Below are positions 33,685 to 47,927 of a DNA stretch of 64,000 nucleotides, in pieces. A program made the position numbers and the translations under genes. This stretch comes from the human T2T-CHM13v2.0 reference genome, Homo sapiens. The stretch's first letter is position 1, and each line of letters starts with the position of its first letter. The notes beneath the pieces were generated by a model. The model was not told the DNA's origin. It saw only the letters and a program-made list of their open reading frames with translations, and searched no databases. The DNA lies in NCBI RefSeq assembly GCF_009914755.1, contig NC_060939.1. The stretch is one strand, 5' to 3'.

Positions 33685-34213
33685 CACAATGACAAAGAAA
33701 CAACCACAAGTGCTCACAGAGCACAGCAGTTTTGGGCTAATAATCCTTCACATTGAAATGGCTCCTGAAGGCATGGATAACAATTAAATTTTGATGAAGA
33801 CCTTGAATCCTTGAATCACCTGGAAAAATTGAAAGCATTTGGTTTCCCTTGTTTTAAAAGGAAGGAGATTAGATAATGCATTTGAAAATTTATATTCAAG
33901 ATGGTTAAAATAGGGCAAAGTTTGCCATCTAAGTCTTGTAGGCTCTAATTATCTGGAAAAAATACCTGGGTGGGTGAATGATCAGAATAATGAGATAATC
34001 TCCTGTATAAATAATTATTGCAGTGATCTCTGTGGAATTTCATAGCATACATTCAACGTTGAATCAAAAAAAAAAAAAAAAAGAGGGAATTAGGTGACTC
34101 CCAGAGAGAGGCAAGTGAGGTGTGGTCTCATGAGATTCTGGTGAACTTATTTCATCTTCTCTTGGCCTCTCTCACTGGGTGATGTGCATGTGGCCTTTTC
34201 CCTCTGCCCCCAG

Positions 34214-34450
34214 GACTGCCCTCCAGATGCAGAAGATTTCAGAGCCCAGCAGTGCTCAGCCTACAATGATGTCCAGTATCAGGGGCGTTACTATGAATGG
34301 CTTCCACGATATAATGATCCTGCTGCCCCGTGTGCACTCAAGTGTCATGCACAAGGACAAAACTTGGTGGTGGAGCTGGCACCTAAGGTACTGGATGGAA
34401 CTCGTTGCAACACGGACTCCTTGGACATGTGTATCAGTGGCATCTGTCAG
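34214..34450 (+). CDS. ADAMTSL3: ADAMTSL3 237-nt coding exon (probably exon 6), DCPPDAEDFRAQQC...LDGTRCNTDSLDMCISGICQ, Cys-rich module
   Basis: Acceptor ccctctgccccCAG|G; donor CAG|GTAAGC; 79 codons, phase 0-0; ADAMTS-family FRAQQC and VLDGTRC motifs. Confidence 0.97.
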
Positions 34451-34563
34451 GTAAGCACACTTACCTCCCAATCCCCTGCTTTGGGGATGTGCCACGCCTA
34501 CTGTCAATAAACAGAACCCTTTTCTTCTGTATTTTTGTTCATGCAGATGTAAATATTGCTATT

Positions 34564-34780
34564 GGCCAGGTACGGTGGCTTACACCTATAATCCCAGTTT
34601 TGTATTTTTATACAGCAAATACAAATACAAATTGTATTTGTATCCCAATTTTGTATTTTTAGTATAGATGAGGTTTCATTATGTTGGCCAGGCTGATCTC
34701 AAACTCCTGATCTCAGGTGATTCGCCTGCCTCAGCCTCTCAAAGTGCTGGGATTACAGGCATGAGCCACCGCGCCGGGCC
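34564..34780. mobile_element. Rearranged inverted Alu remnant: 34-bp sense 5' stub, scrambled junction, antisense left monomer
   Basis: GGCCAGGTACGGTGGCTTACACCTATAATCCCAG (+) at 34564-34597; antisense left monomer at ~34648-34780. Confidence 0.85.
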
Positions 34781-34787
34781 ATCGATT

Positions 34788-34975
34788 AGTGATTCTCTAA
34801 CTTGAACAAGCATCAGAGTCACCTGGAGGGCTTGTGATAACAGAGTGTTGGGCTCATCCCCCGGAGTTTCTGATTCAGTAGGTAAAAGGGATGGGGCCCA
34901 AAGATTTGCATTTCTAACAAGTTCTCTGGAGATACTGAAGCTGTGGGTCTGGGGAATACACTTTGAGAACCGCTG
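34788..34975. mobile_element. MER5A hAT DNA transposon
   Basis: CATCAGAGTCACCTGGAGGGCTTG...TTTGCATTTCTAACAAGTTC...CACTTTGAGAACCGCTG. Confidence 0.85.
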
Positions 34976-35196
34976 TTTTGGAAGAGTAATACTAGAGAGT
35001 CTCTTATTAAATTAAGCTTTCTTATTAAAATTAATTCATTGTTTTGGATCTTTGGGCACAATGATTTATTTACTGAAAACTAACATGAATGCATTCCAGC
35101 AGATTTTTCAGAGTGGTCTCTGCAGAGCTGTGACAAATGTGACTGAGACATAAACCCCAGTGGCTTTTAATGAGTATAAGGATTCAAGACACTTTA

Positions 35197-35492
<296 letters not shown>

Positions 35493-35583
35493 TAAAAAGA
35501 CACTATGACAGGTTGTGAGACAGGGATGGCAGGGAAATTATAGGATTCTGCATCTATTCTTTTGACTTCTGAAAAATATTTTT

Positions 35584-37650
35584 TTTTTTCCAAATGTGAG
35601 CAGAGGTTATTTTATTCTTTCCTTTCACTTACTGTCTGTCTCCCTGAGTTTCTTTTTTTTTTTAATTGATCATTCTTGGGTGTTTCTCGCAGAGGGGGAT
35701 TTGGCAGGGTCATAGGACAATAGTGGAGGGAAGGTCAGCAGATAAACAAGTGAACAAAGGTCTCTGGTTTTCCTAGGCAGAGGACCCTGCGGCCTTCCGC
35801 AGTGTTTGTGTCCCTGGGTACTTGAGATTAGGGAGTGGTGATGACTCTTAACGAGCATGCTGCCTTCAAGCATCTGTTTAACAAAGCACGTCTTGCACCG
35901 CCCTTAATCCATTTAACCCTGAGTGGACACAGCACATGTTTCAGAGAGCACAGGGTTGGGGGTAAGGTCACAGATCAACAGGATCCCAAGGTAGAAGAAT
36001 TTTTCTTAGTACAGAACAAAATGAAAAGTCTCCCATGTCTACCTCTTTCTACACAGACACGGCAACCATCCGATTTCTCAATCTTTTCCCCACCTTTCCC
36101 CACTTTCTATTCCACAAAACCGCCGTTGTCGTCATGGCCCGTTCTCAATGAGCTGTTGGGTACACCTCCCAGACGGGGTGGTGGCCGGGCAGAGGGGCTC
36201 CTCACTTCCCAGTAGGGGCGGCCGGGCAGAGGCGCCCCTCACCTCCCGGACGGGGCGGCTGGCCGGGCTGGGGGCTGACCCCCCCAACTCCCTCCCGGAT
36301 GGGGCGGCTGGCCGGGCAGAGGGGCTCCTCACTTCCCAGTAGGGGCGGCCGGGCAGAGGCGCCCCTCACCTCCCGGACGGGGCTGCTGGCCGGGCGGGTT
36401 GCTGACCCCCCCCCACCTCCCTCCCGGACGGGGTGGCTGGCCGGGCAGAGGGGCTCCTCACTTCCCAGTAGGGGCGGCCGGGCAGAGGCACCCCTCACCT
36501 CCCAGACGGGGCGCCTGGCCGGGCGGGGGGCTGACCCCCCCACCTCCCTCCCAGACGGGGCGGCTGGCCTGGCGGGGGCTGACCCCCACCTCCCTCCCGG
36601 ACGGGGTGGCTGCCGGGCGGAGACGCTCCTCACTTCCCAGACGGGGTGGCTGCTGGGCGGAGGGGCTCCTCACTTCTCAGACGGGGCGGCTGCCGGGCGG
36701 AGGGGCTCCTCACTTCTCAGACGGGGCGGCTGCCGGGCGGAGGGGCTCCTCACTTCTCAGACGGGGCGGCTGCCGGGCGGAGGGTCTCCTCACTTCTCAG
36801 ACGGGGCGGTTGCCGGGCGGAGGGTCTCCTCACTTCTCAGACGGGGCGGTTGCCAGGCGGAGGGTCTCCTCACTTCTCAGACGGGGCGGCCGGGCAGAGA
36901 CGCTCCTCACCTCCCAGACGGGGTCGCGGCCGGGTAGAGGCGCTCCTCACATCCCAGACGGGGCGGCGGGGCAGAGGCGCTCCCCACATCTCAGACGATG
37001 GGCGGCCGGGCAGAGACGCTCCTCACTTCCTAGATGGGATGGTGGCCGGGAAGAGGCACTCCTCACTTCCTAGATGGGATGGCGGCCGGGCAGAGACGCT
37101 CCTCACTTTCCAGACTGGGCAGCCAGGCAGAGGGGCTCCTCACGTCCCAGACGATGGGCGGCCAGGCAGAGACGCTCCTCACTTCCCAGATGGGGTGGCG
37201 GCCGGGCAGAGGCTGCAATCTCGGCACTTTGGGAGGCCAAGGCAGGCGGCTGGGAGGTGGAGGTTGTAGCGAGCCGAGATCACGCCACTGCACTCCAGCC
37301 TGGGCACCATTGAGCACTGAGTGAAGCAGACTCCGTCTGCAATCCCGGCACCTCGGGAGGCGGAGGCTGGCGGATCACTCGCGGTTAGGAGCTGGAGACC
37401 AGCCCGGCCAACACAGCGAAACCCCGTCTCCACCAAAAAAATACGAAAACCAGTCAGGCGTGGCGGCGCGCGCCTGCAAATTGCAGGCACTCGGCAGGCT
37501 GAGGCAGGAGAATGAGGCAGGGAGGTTGCAGTGAGCCGAGATGGCAGCAGTACAGTCCAGCTTTGGCTTGGCATCAGAGGGAGACCGTGGGGAGAGGGAG
37601 AGGGTGAGGGAGAGGGGGAGGGGGAGGGGGAGGGGGAGGGAGAGGGAGAG
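35584..37650 (-). mobile_element. Full-length SVA (SVA_D-like) antisense to ADAMTSL3, with 3' transduction
   Basis: Read on minus: CCCTCT/CCCCCT hexamers (37590-37650), Alu-like region (~37205-37590), GC-rich VNTR (~36160-37205), SINE-R (~35664-36155), poly(A). Perfect 15-bp TSD CTGAAAAATATTTTT at 35569-35583 and 37651-37665; TTTTT/AA L1 endonuclease site. Confidence 0.96.
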
Positions 37651-38285
37651 CTGAAAAATATTTTTAAAAAATAATGAATGTGTCTAGTATTTCACCTACC
37701 CTATTCTGCTCATAACAAAAACAATAGTAACAACAGCAGATGAGCAACCTGACCACCTGCTAAGTGTGGGGCACTACCAGGAGCTTCAGACTTAAAGTGC
37801 TCAAAGGTGAACCTTCATCCTGCTTTTCAAACTAGCTTCAACTTTGTTCATCCCTTTATCTAGAAAATGGCTTCTAGTTGCTTATCCCAAAACTTTGACA
37901 TCATTCTTGCTTTTCTTTCAACCCACACATTTGATCCATTGCCACGTCCTGTCAATTTTCCCTCCCAAAGATTACTTTTAATTTAGCACGTCTTTCCATC
38001 TTTACTGCCTTTCTTGTAGCCTAAGTCCTTATTAGCTAATCTAAACTGCATTAACAGCTTTCTGTTCTGTTCTCCGAGCTCCCACCATGATTCCCTCCAG
38101 TCTGTTCTTCACACAGCAGCCAAAGTGATTATGTTAAAAGGTAATTCAGAGCTTGTCATTCTTGCATTCCTCAAAGCCCTTCAATGGCTTGTCCTTGCAT
38201 TAATGATGAAATTGAGGATTCTTGTCTATCTCCTTTAGGCTCTTCCTACGCTATCCACCTCCCTGCCCTTTTAAAACAGACTCCA

Positions 38286-38294
38286 TTTCCTTCT

Positions 38295-38326
<32 letters not shown>

Positions 38327-38439
38327 TTCTTCTTCTTCTTCTTCTTCTTCTTCTTCTTCTCCTCCTCCTCCTCCTCCTTCTCCTTCTTCTTCCTCTTCTT
38401 TCTTCTTTCTTCCTTCTTTCTTTTTTTCTTTTTCTTTTT

Positions 38440-38445
<6 letters not shown>
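38286..38445 (+). repeat. 160-nt pure pyrimidine tract including (TTC)4 CTC (TTC)18 (TCC)6
   Basis: Read directly; lies within the TSD of the adjacent AluJ. Confidence 0.95.
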
Positions 38446-38701
<256 letters not shown>

Positions 38702-38709
38702 TGACTCCA

Positions 38710-39495
38710 TTTTTTAGAGCAATTTTAGATTCACAGCAAAATTTAGTGGAAGGTGGAATTTTCCCATAGGACCCCCCTGCTTCCTTAAACGCACAGCCTC
38801 CCCTACTATCAACATTCCCCACTAAAGTGATACAGTTATTACAGTCGATGAACCTACACTGACACATCATAATCACCCAAAGTTCATAGTTTACATTAGG
38901 CCTCACTCTTGGTGTTGTAAATTCTATGAGTTTGGACAAATGTATAATGACATGTATCCACTATTATAGTATAATGCAGAGTAGTTTCACTGACCTAGAA
39001 ATCCTCTATGCTTTGCTCTTTCATCCCTCTCTCCTCGCTAACCCCTGGCAACCATGGATCTTTTTACTGTCTCCATAGTTTTTGCCTTTTCCGGAATGTC
39101 ACAGAGTTGGAATCATATAGTATGTAGCCTTTTCGGATTGGATTCTTTCATGTAATAATATATTATACATTTAAGTTTCCTCAGTGTCTTTTCATGGCTT
39201 GATAGCTCATTTCCTTTTTTTAATTTAAAAAATTTAAGATAAAAAATTAAATTAATGGAATGTTTCACAAATTTGCATGTCATCCTGGCGCAGGGGCCAT
39301 GCTAATCATCTCTGTATCATTAGCATTGTATCATAAAATTGTATCATACCAATTTTAGAATATGTGCTGCCAAAGTGAGCACAATAGCTCATTTCCTTTT
39401 CACACTGAATAATATTCCCTTGTCTGGATGTACCACAGTTTATCCATTCACCTGCTGAAGGACACTTTGGTTGCTTTCTACTTTTGGCAACCAAA
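38710..39495 (-). mobile_element. L1MC-like 3' UTR hosting the U6 copy
   Basis: TTTTAGATTCACAGCAAAATT... terminus; the sequence resumes after the U6 TSD. Confidence 0.7.
39252..39382 (-). pseudogene. U6 snRNA retropseudogene with a 27-nt internal insertion
   Basis: Reverse complement matches U6 (GTGCTCACTTTGGCAGCACATATTCTAAAATTGG...ACAGAGATGATTAGCATGGCCCCTGCGCCAGGATGAC...TTCCAT). 17-bp TSD ATAGCTCATTTCCTTTT at 39202-39218 and 39384-39400. Confidence 0.93.
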
Positions 39496-39714
39496 AGTAG
39501 ACTTTTGACAAAAGGTCAAAGCTTACCATATAATTCTTCCATTTTATAAACCGTCTATTGTTCCCCATTATTGCCATCAGTTAAGGTTTGGGCTCTTTGA
39601 CCAAATGATAATAGTAATCCTTCTCAGTGGGATTATGCTGTTGTTTTCCAAGTTCTTGACAATGATCATGCATTGTTTTTATAATTAAAATGAATTGTTA
39701 TTAAAAGCAATTTA

Positions 39715-40030
39715 GGTTGGGCGCATTGGCTTCTGCCTATAATCACAACACTTTGGGAGGCCAAGACAGGAGAGTTCGTTAAGCCTAGGAGTTCGAGACC
39801 AGCCTGGGCAACATGGGGAAACCTCGTTTCTACAAAAACTTTTTAAAAATTAGCTGGGTGTGTTGGCGCAAGCCTATGGTCCTAGCTACTTGCTACTCAG
39901 GTACCTGAGGCAAGGATTCGCTTGAGTCCAGGTAGTCGAGGCTGCACTGAACTATGATTGTACCACTGTACTCCAGCCTATGATAGGGTGAGACCCTGTT
40001 TCTAAAAAATAAAAATATAAATAAATAAAA
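39715..40030 (+). mobile_element. AluJ
   Basis: Diverged dimeric Alu; TSD approximately AAAAGSAATTTA. Confidence 0.85.
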
Positions 40031-40499
40031 GGAATTTAGTCTGGCCTCAAGGAGCGCTCTCTGGATAAGGTGATGTTTGGACACTGAGGTTTTGAAAAGT
40101 TGAGTAAAAGTTAGATAAACCAAGGTGAGGAAGAGAATGACAAGCAGAAGGGACAGGAATGTAACAGCAGGTGCAGATGTGTTTAAGGTCCAGGAGTGCA
40201 TTCTGTAGAGTTGAGGTGAGAATACCCATGGAATAGTGCTAGGAGATGAGGCTACCAGTGGAGGTGGGAAACCAATCATTAACTTATTCTGAAAGTAGAG
40301 AGAGGAGCTGTTTCATAATTTTATAAAGAATTTGGGCTTGTCTTTAGAAAGGTCATTTCAGTGGCAAAGTGGCAGATTATTTGCAGAGGACAGGATCTAG
40401 CCAAACAGTAGAAGGTCAAGTATGGGATAACAAGAGCTTAAAATAAGGCAAGAGGTAGGATGAATTAAATGGAGACAAATTCTAAAGATTAAGGATGTA

Positions 40500-40808
40500 T
40501 TTTGTTTTTGAGACAGGGTCTTGCTTTGTTGTCCAGGCTGGAGTGTAATGGTGTGGTTACAGCTCACTGTAGCCTTGGGCTCCTGGGCTCAAGTAATCCT
40601 CCCAACCTAGTCTGCACTCCACCCCTAAGTAGCTGGGACTACAGTAATGTTCCACCATGCTAGGATAATTTTTATTTTTTACATTTTTTGTAGAGAGCAG
40701 GTCTCACTATGTTGCCCAGGCTGATCTCCAAGTCCTGGCTTCAAGCAACTTTCCTACCTTGGCCCCTCACAACACTGGGGTTATAGACATGAGCCACTGA
40801 GCCTGGCC
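40500..40808 (-). mobile_element. AluJ
   Basis: Diverged antisense Alu within L2 sequence. Confidence 0.85.
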
Positions 40809-40821
40809 CTGGAAGCAGATC

Positions 40822-44466
<3,645 letters not shown>

Positions 44467-45000
44467 TTAGATTTCTGATATCATGATTAAGTAGATAGAT
44501 AGTGAGACCATTCATCAAGACAAAATATTGGGTGAGAACAGGGGGCATGGGGCAAAGGTGATGAGCTGGGCGTGCCTGTGAATCTAAGTTGATGTTTGAA
44601 TTTAGAGCTTAGGAGAGAAATCTAGACTAGAAATATAGATCTGGGGCTCTCACATGGTTAAATCTAATGATCTAATGTCATTGGGGACTGAGTAAGAAGG
44701 ACAGGTTGTACTCTCAAGTACAGAGTCCTGGTGCCCATAATTGAAGGAACTAGCACAGGGAGAGGTGCCCCTGATGGGGACTGAACAGAATAGCTTTCTA
44801 TATAGTAGCGAGACCATGAAAAACGGAAGATAAGGGCGGGTGAGCATTTAAGAAGGCCGGTTAGCAGTGGCACATACTTCAGAGAAGTCAAGAGCAGTAA
44901 GAACTGAAATCCACCCACTTCATTTTGACTAAAGATCACTGGCAACAGCTGGCACAGCCTCAGTGTGGTGTTGGAGTAGGCACTGGCAGGGGATGCAGGA

Positions 45001-45701
45001 TGCATTAGTTTCCTGTGGCAGCTGTGACAAATTACCACAAATTTGGTGGCTTAAAACAACAGAAGTTTATTTTCTCACACTTCTAGAGGCCAGAAGTTTA
45101 AAATCAGGGTATCAGCAGGGTTGGTTCTTGGCTGGAGGCTCTGAGGGAGAATCCATTCCTTGCCTCTCTTCCAGCTTCTGGTGCTGGAATTTGGGCTTGT
45201 CTTTAGAAAGAGCCCATTTGCAGGAGGCCAGACTGGGAGCAGCAGGTGGGCAGGATGGAGGGAAAAGAGGAGGGTGGGTGACTTTAAAACTTAAGCTTCA
45301 TTAACTTTCTGGTAAATCCACGAATGAACAAGAATATATGTTGCCAAGTGGGTGGGTGGGTGGAGTATTGATTTAGATGTAGAAATATACAACTAATGAA
45401 GTAAAGTTTGGGCTAATCAAAAGAGTTGATAGGCAGAAACAAAGGGGACAGATTTTTGTGCCAATGATTTTTGGTGTTCCTTGCTTGTGGAAGCATCACT
45501 CTAATCTCTGCCTTCGTCTGCACCTTACCTCCTCTTGTCTATCTCTATGTTTTCCCCTCCTTTCATAAGGACACCTTCCTATTATTTCATCTCAACATCC
45601 TTAATTACATTTGCAAAGATATTTTTCCACATATGGTCACATTCACAGGATCTGGGTGCCATGTCTTTTTTTGGGGGGAGTGCACAAGTCAACCCACTAC
45701 A
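45001..45701 (-). mobile_element. MLT1B/C-like LTR interrupted by a ~270-bp insertion
   Basis: MLT1 motifs (AAATTACCACAAATTTGGTGGCTTAAAACAACAG, GGAGGCTCTGAGGGAGAATCC) break at ~45186 and resume at ~45459. Confidence 0.8.
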
Positions 45702-45920
45702 CATGGTAAGGAATGAATAGGCTGAAATGAGTAGGGATGATGAGCATAAACCCCCTTTTCAAAAAGTATGAATCAGAAGAATAGAGGGAAAGATACAACT
45801 ACAGCCAGAGGGGATGTCAGGTTCAGGAAGAATGTCTTCAAGATCAGAGATACTTGGAAAAGCACTGGAGCAGATGCAGTTTTTAGGGTACCTGAAGCAT
45901 ATGTAATTAGAAGTGCCCTC

Positions 45921-46080
45921 TTTATTTATTAACTTTTGAGACAAAGTCTCTCTCACCCAGGCTGGAGTGCAGTGGTGCTATCATGGCTCATTGCAGCCTT
46001 GACCTCCTGGGCTCAAGTGATTCTCCCATCTCAACCTCTTGAGTAGCTGGGACTACAGGTGTGCCACCACTGGCTAATTT
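45921..46080 (-). mobile_element. Alu right-monomer fragment
   Basis: CCCAGGCTGGAGTGCAGTGG...GCTGGGACTACAGG; no left monomer. Confidence 0.8.
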
Positions 46081-47566
46081 ATGGCAGATTCTTCCATAGA
46101 AATCCTTCCCAGTTGCAGCCCAGCTTCCCCTCCCCACCTCAAATACTTCAATTCCCCACAACTCTAAGCATTTGTGGGAGCCCAGACTGGGAACAGCAGG
46201 TGGGCAAGACAGAGGGAAAAGGAGAGAGTGGTTGACCCTGAAACTTAAGCTTCATTAACTTCATGGTAAATCCATGAATGCGCAAGGATATATGTTGCCA
46301 GGCAGGTGGGTGAGTGGAGTATTGACTGAGAGGTAGAAATATACAATGAATGCAGTGAAGTTCCTGGGCTCTTCAAAGGAGTTGATAACAGAAACAAAGG
46401 AGACAGATTGCTCGTGGACAAGGAGGAGGGACACCTTTTCCCTTGAGGCAGGTAGGAAGGGGTAAATATGGGCCACTGATCAGTTTGGTATGGGAATGGA
46501 CAGGAAGGTGAGATATTGTTTGATGGCCTCAATTGAGTGAAATATAAAGCAAAGGCATCTTTTTTTGCCTGCAGTCAACATGAGCTTTTATTTGCCTGCA
46601 GTCAACATGAGCTCCCCTTCCCACATTTACCCTTCTGCTCACTACTCGCCACCCCCTGTTCTTATTAATGGTCTAAATCCAGTTGCTTAGTTGACTCCAG
46701 GAGTTTCCAGGGTTTAAAGGGGCTTGCAGGATAAAGGTGGTTTCAGTATGAATTAGTGCATTTTAAATGAGTGCTTCTAATCACGTTTTTGTGATGCTAC
46801 TGAGTAAGCCAGTTCTTTGGGTGATGAGGAGTGATACCCTGGTTGCTGAAAGCTGGATGCTCTTTTGGCTAGGTGATTTGAATTAAATAATTATGTGTTC
46901 TTCCTCGGAAGTGACTTAGACACTTCTTGGTAGAATTCAGTATCTTTCCTTCAGCAGGATAATGTTCACATAAATTGCCTTTCTTGTGCCACGTGGCCAT
47001 GGGCATCAGTTAGGCAGATTCAGTGTCTGGTGAGGGCCTACTTCCTGCTTCCTGGTGATTCTTTCTGCTTGCCCCAGGATCACTGATGTGAGCCATAATG
47101 ACTACTTGGCATAGACTACACATAAGTCTTGTAAATGTCTGTATAGTTTTCTCATTTAAATGAACATGTCACAGTGCTCTTGGGAACAACTTTCCATTAA
47201 CCTGAGCACAGCAGACAGCCTGAGACAGTGGTGCTCACTGAATGAAATTTGCTTCTGCTTTGGAGGTCTGATTTGTATTAGAGGCACGACCTGGTTGGTA
47301 ACAGCTCTGCAGACCAAGTTTGATTTGTCATTCATGTTTATTGAATTCCCTGATAGCTGTGCAGATGAAGAAACCACTTAGAATTTAGAATAAAAATAAA
47401 AATAATAGCAACTAACACTGGGTGCTTAGCCCAGGTATCAGGCATTGTGGAAGTCCTTTACTGTTAGCTCATCATAATCCTATCAAGTAGGTACAGTATT
47501 TATTCCCCACTTTGTTGATAAGGAAACTGGAAATTGAAGAGGCTAAGTAAATTGCCCAAGTTGTAC

Positions 47567-47927
47567 AGTATCTTAGTCAGTTTGGGCAGCTGTCACTAGC
47601 TACCATAGATTGGGTGGCATATTAACAACAGAAATTTATTTTTTACAGTTCTAGAGGCTGGGAAGTCCAAAATCAAAGTGCTGGCAGATTCAGTGTCTGG
47701 TGAGGGTCTGCTCCCTGCCTCCTGGTTCATAGAGGCTGTGTCCTCACATGGCAGAAGGGATGAGGGAGGTATCCAGGGTATTTTTTATAAGGGTACTAAT
47801 CCTATTCATGAGGTCTCTACCCTCATGACCTAATCACCCCCTAAATGTTTCACCTCCTAGTACCATCAACTTGAGGGTTAGGTCTCTGCATATGAATTTT
47901 GGGTGTGGACACATTCAGTCTATAGCA
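47567..47927 (-). mobile_element. MLT1A-like LTR nested in a MIR
   Basis: GGCAGATTCAGTGTCTGGTGAGGG, CCTCATGACCTAATCACC and ACATTCAGTCTATAGCA motifs; MIR sequence on both sides. Confidence 0.85.

Noticed and set aside
34184-34510. 108-aa ORF as a stand-alone gene
   Set aside because: It is the ADAMTSL3 exon plus intronic read-through on both sides.
36132-37574. Long overlapping GC-rich ORFs (up to 224 aa) and regularly spaced repeats
   Set aside because: These are the SVA VNTR and Alu-like domain. The repeats are tandem with no unique spacers, so this is neither a gene nor a CRISPR array.
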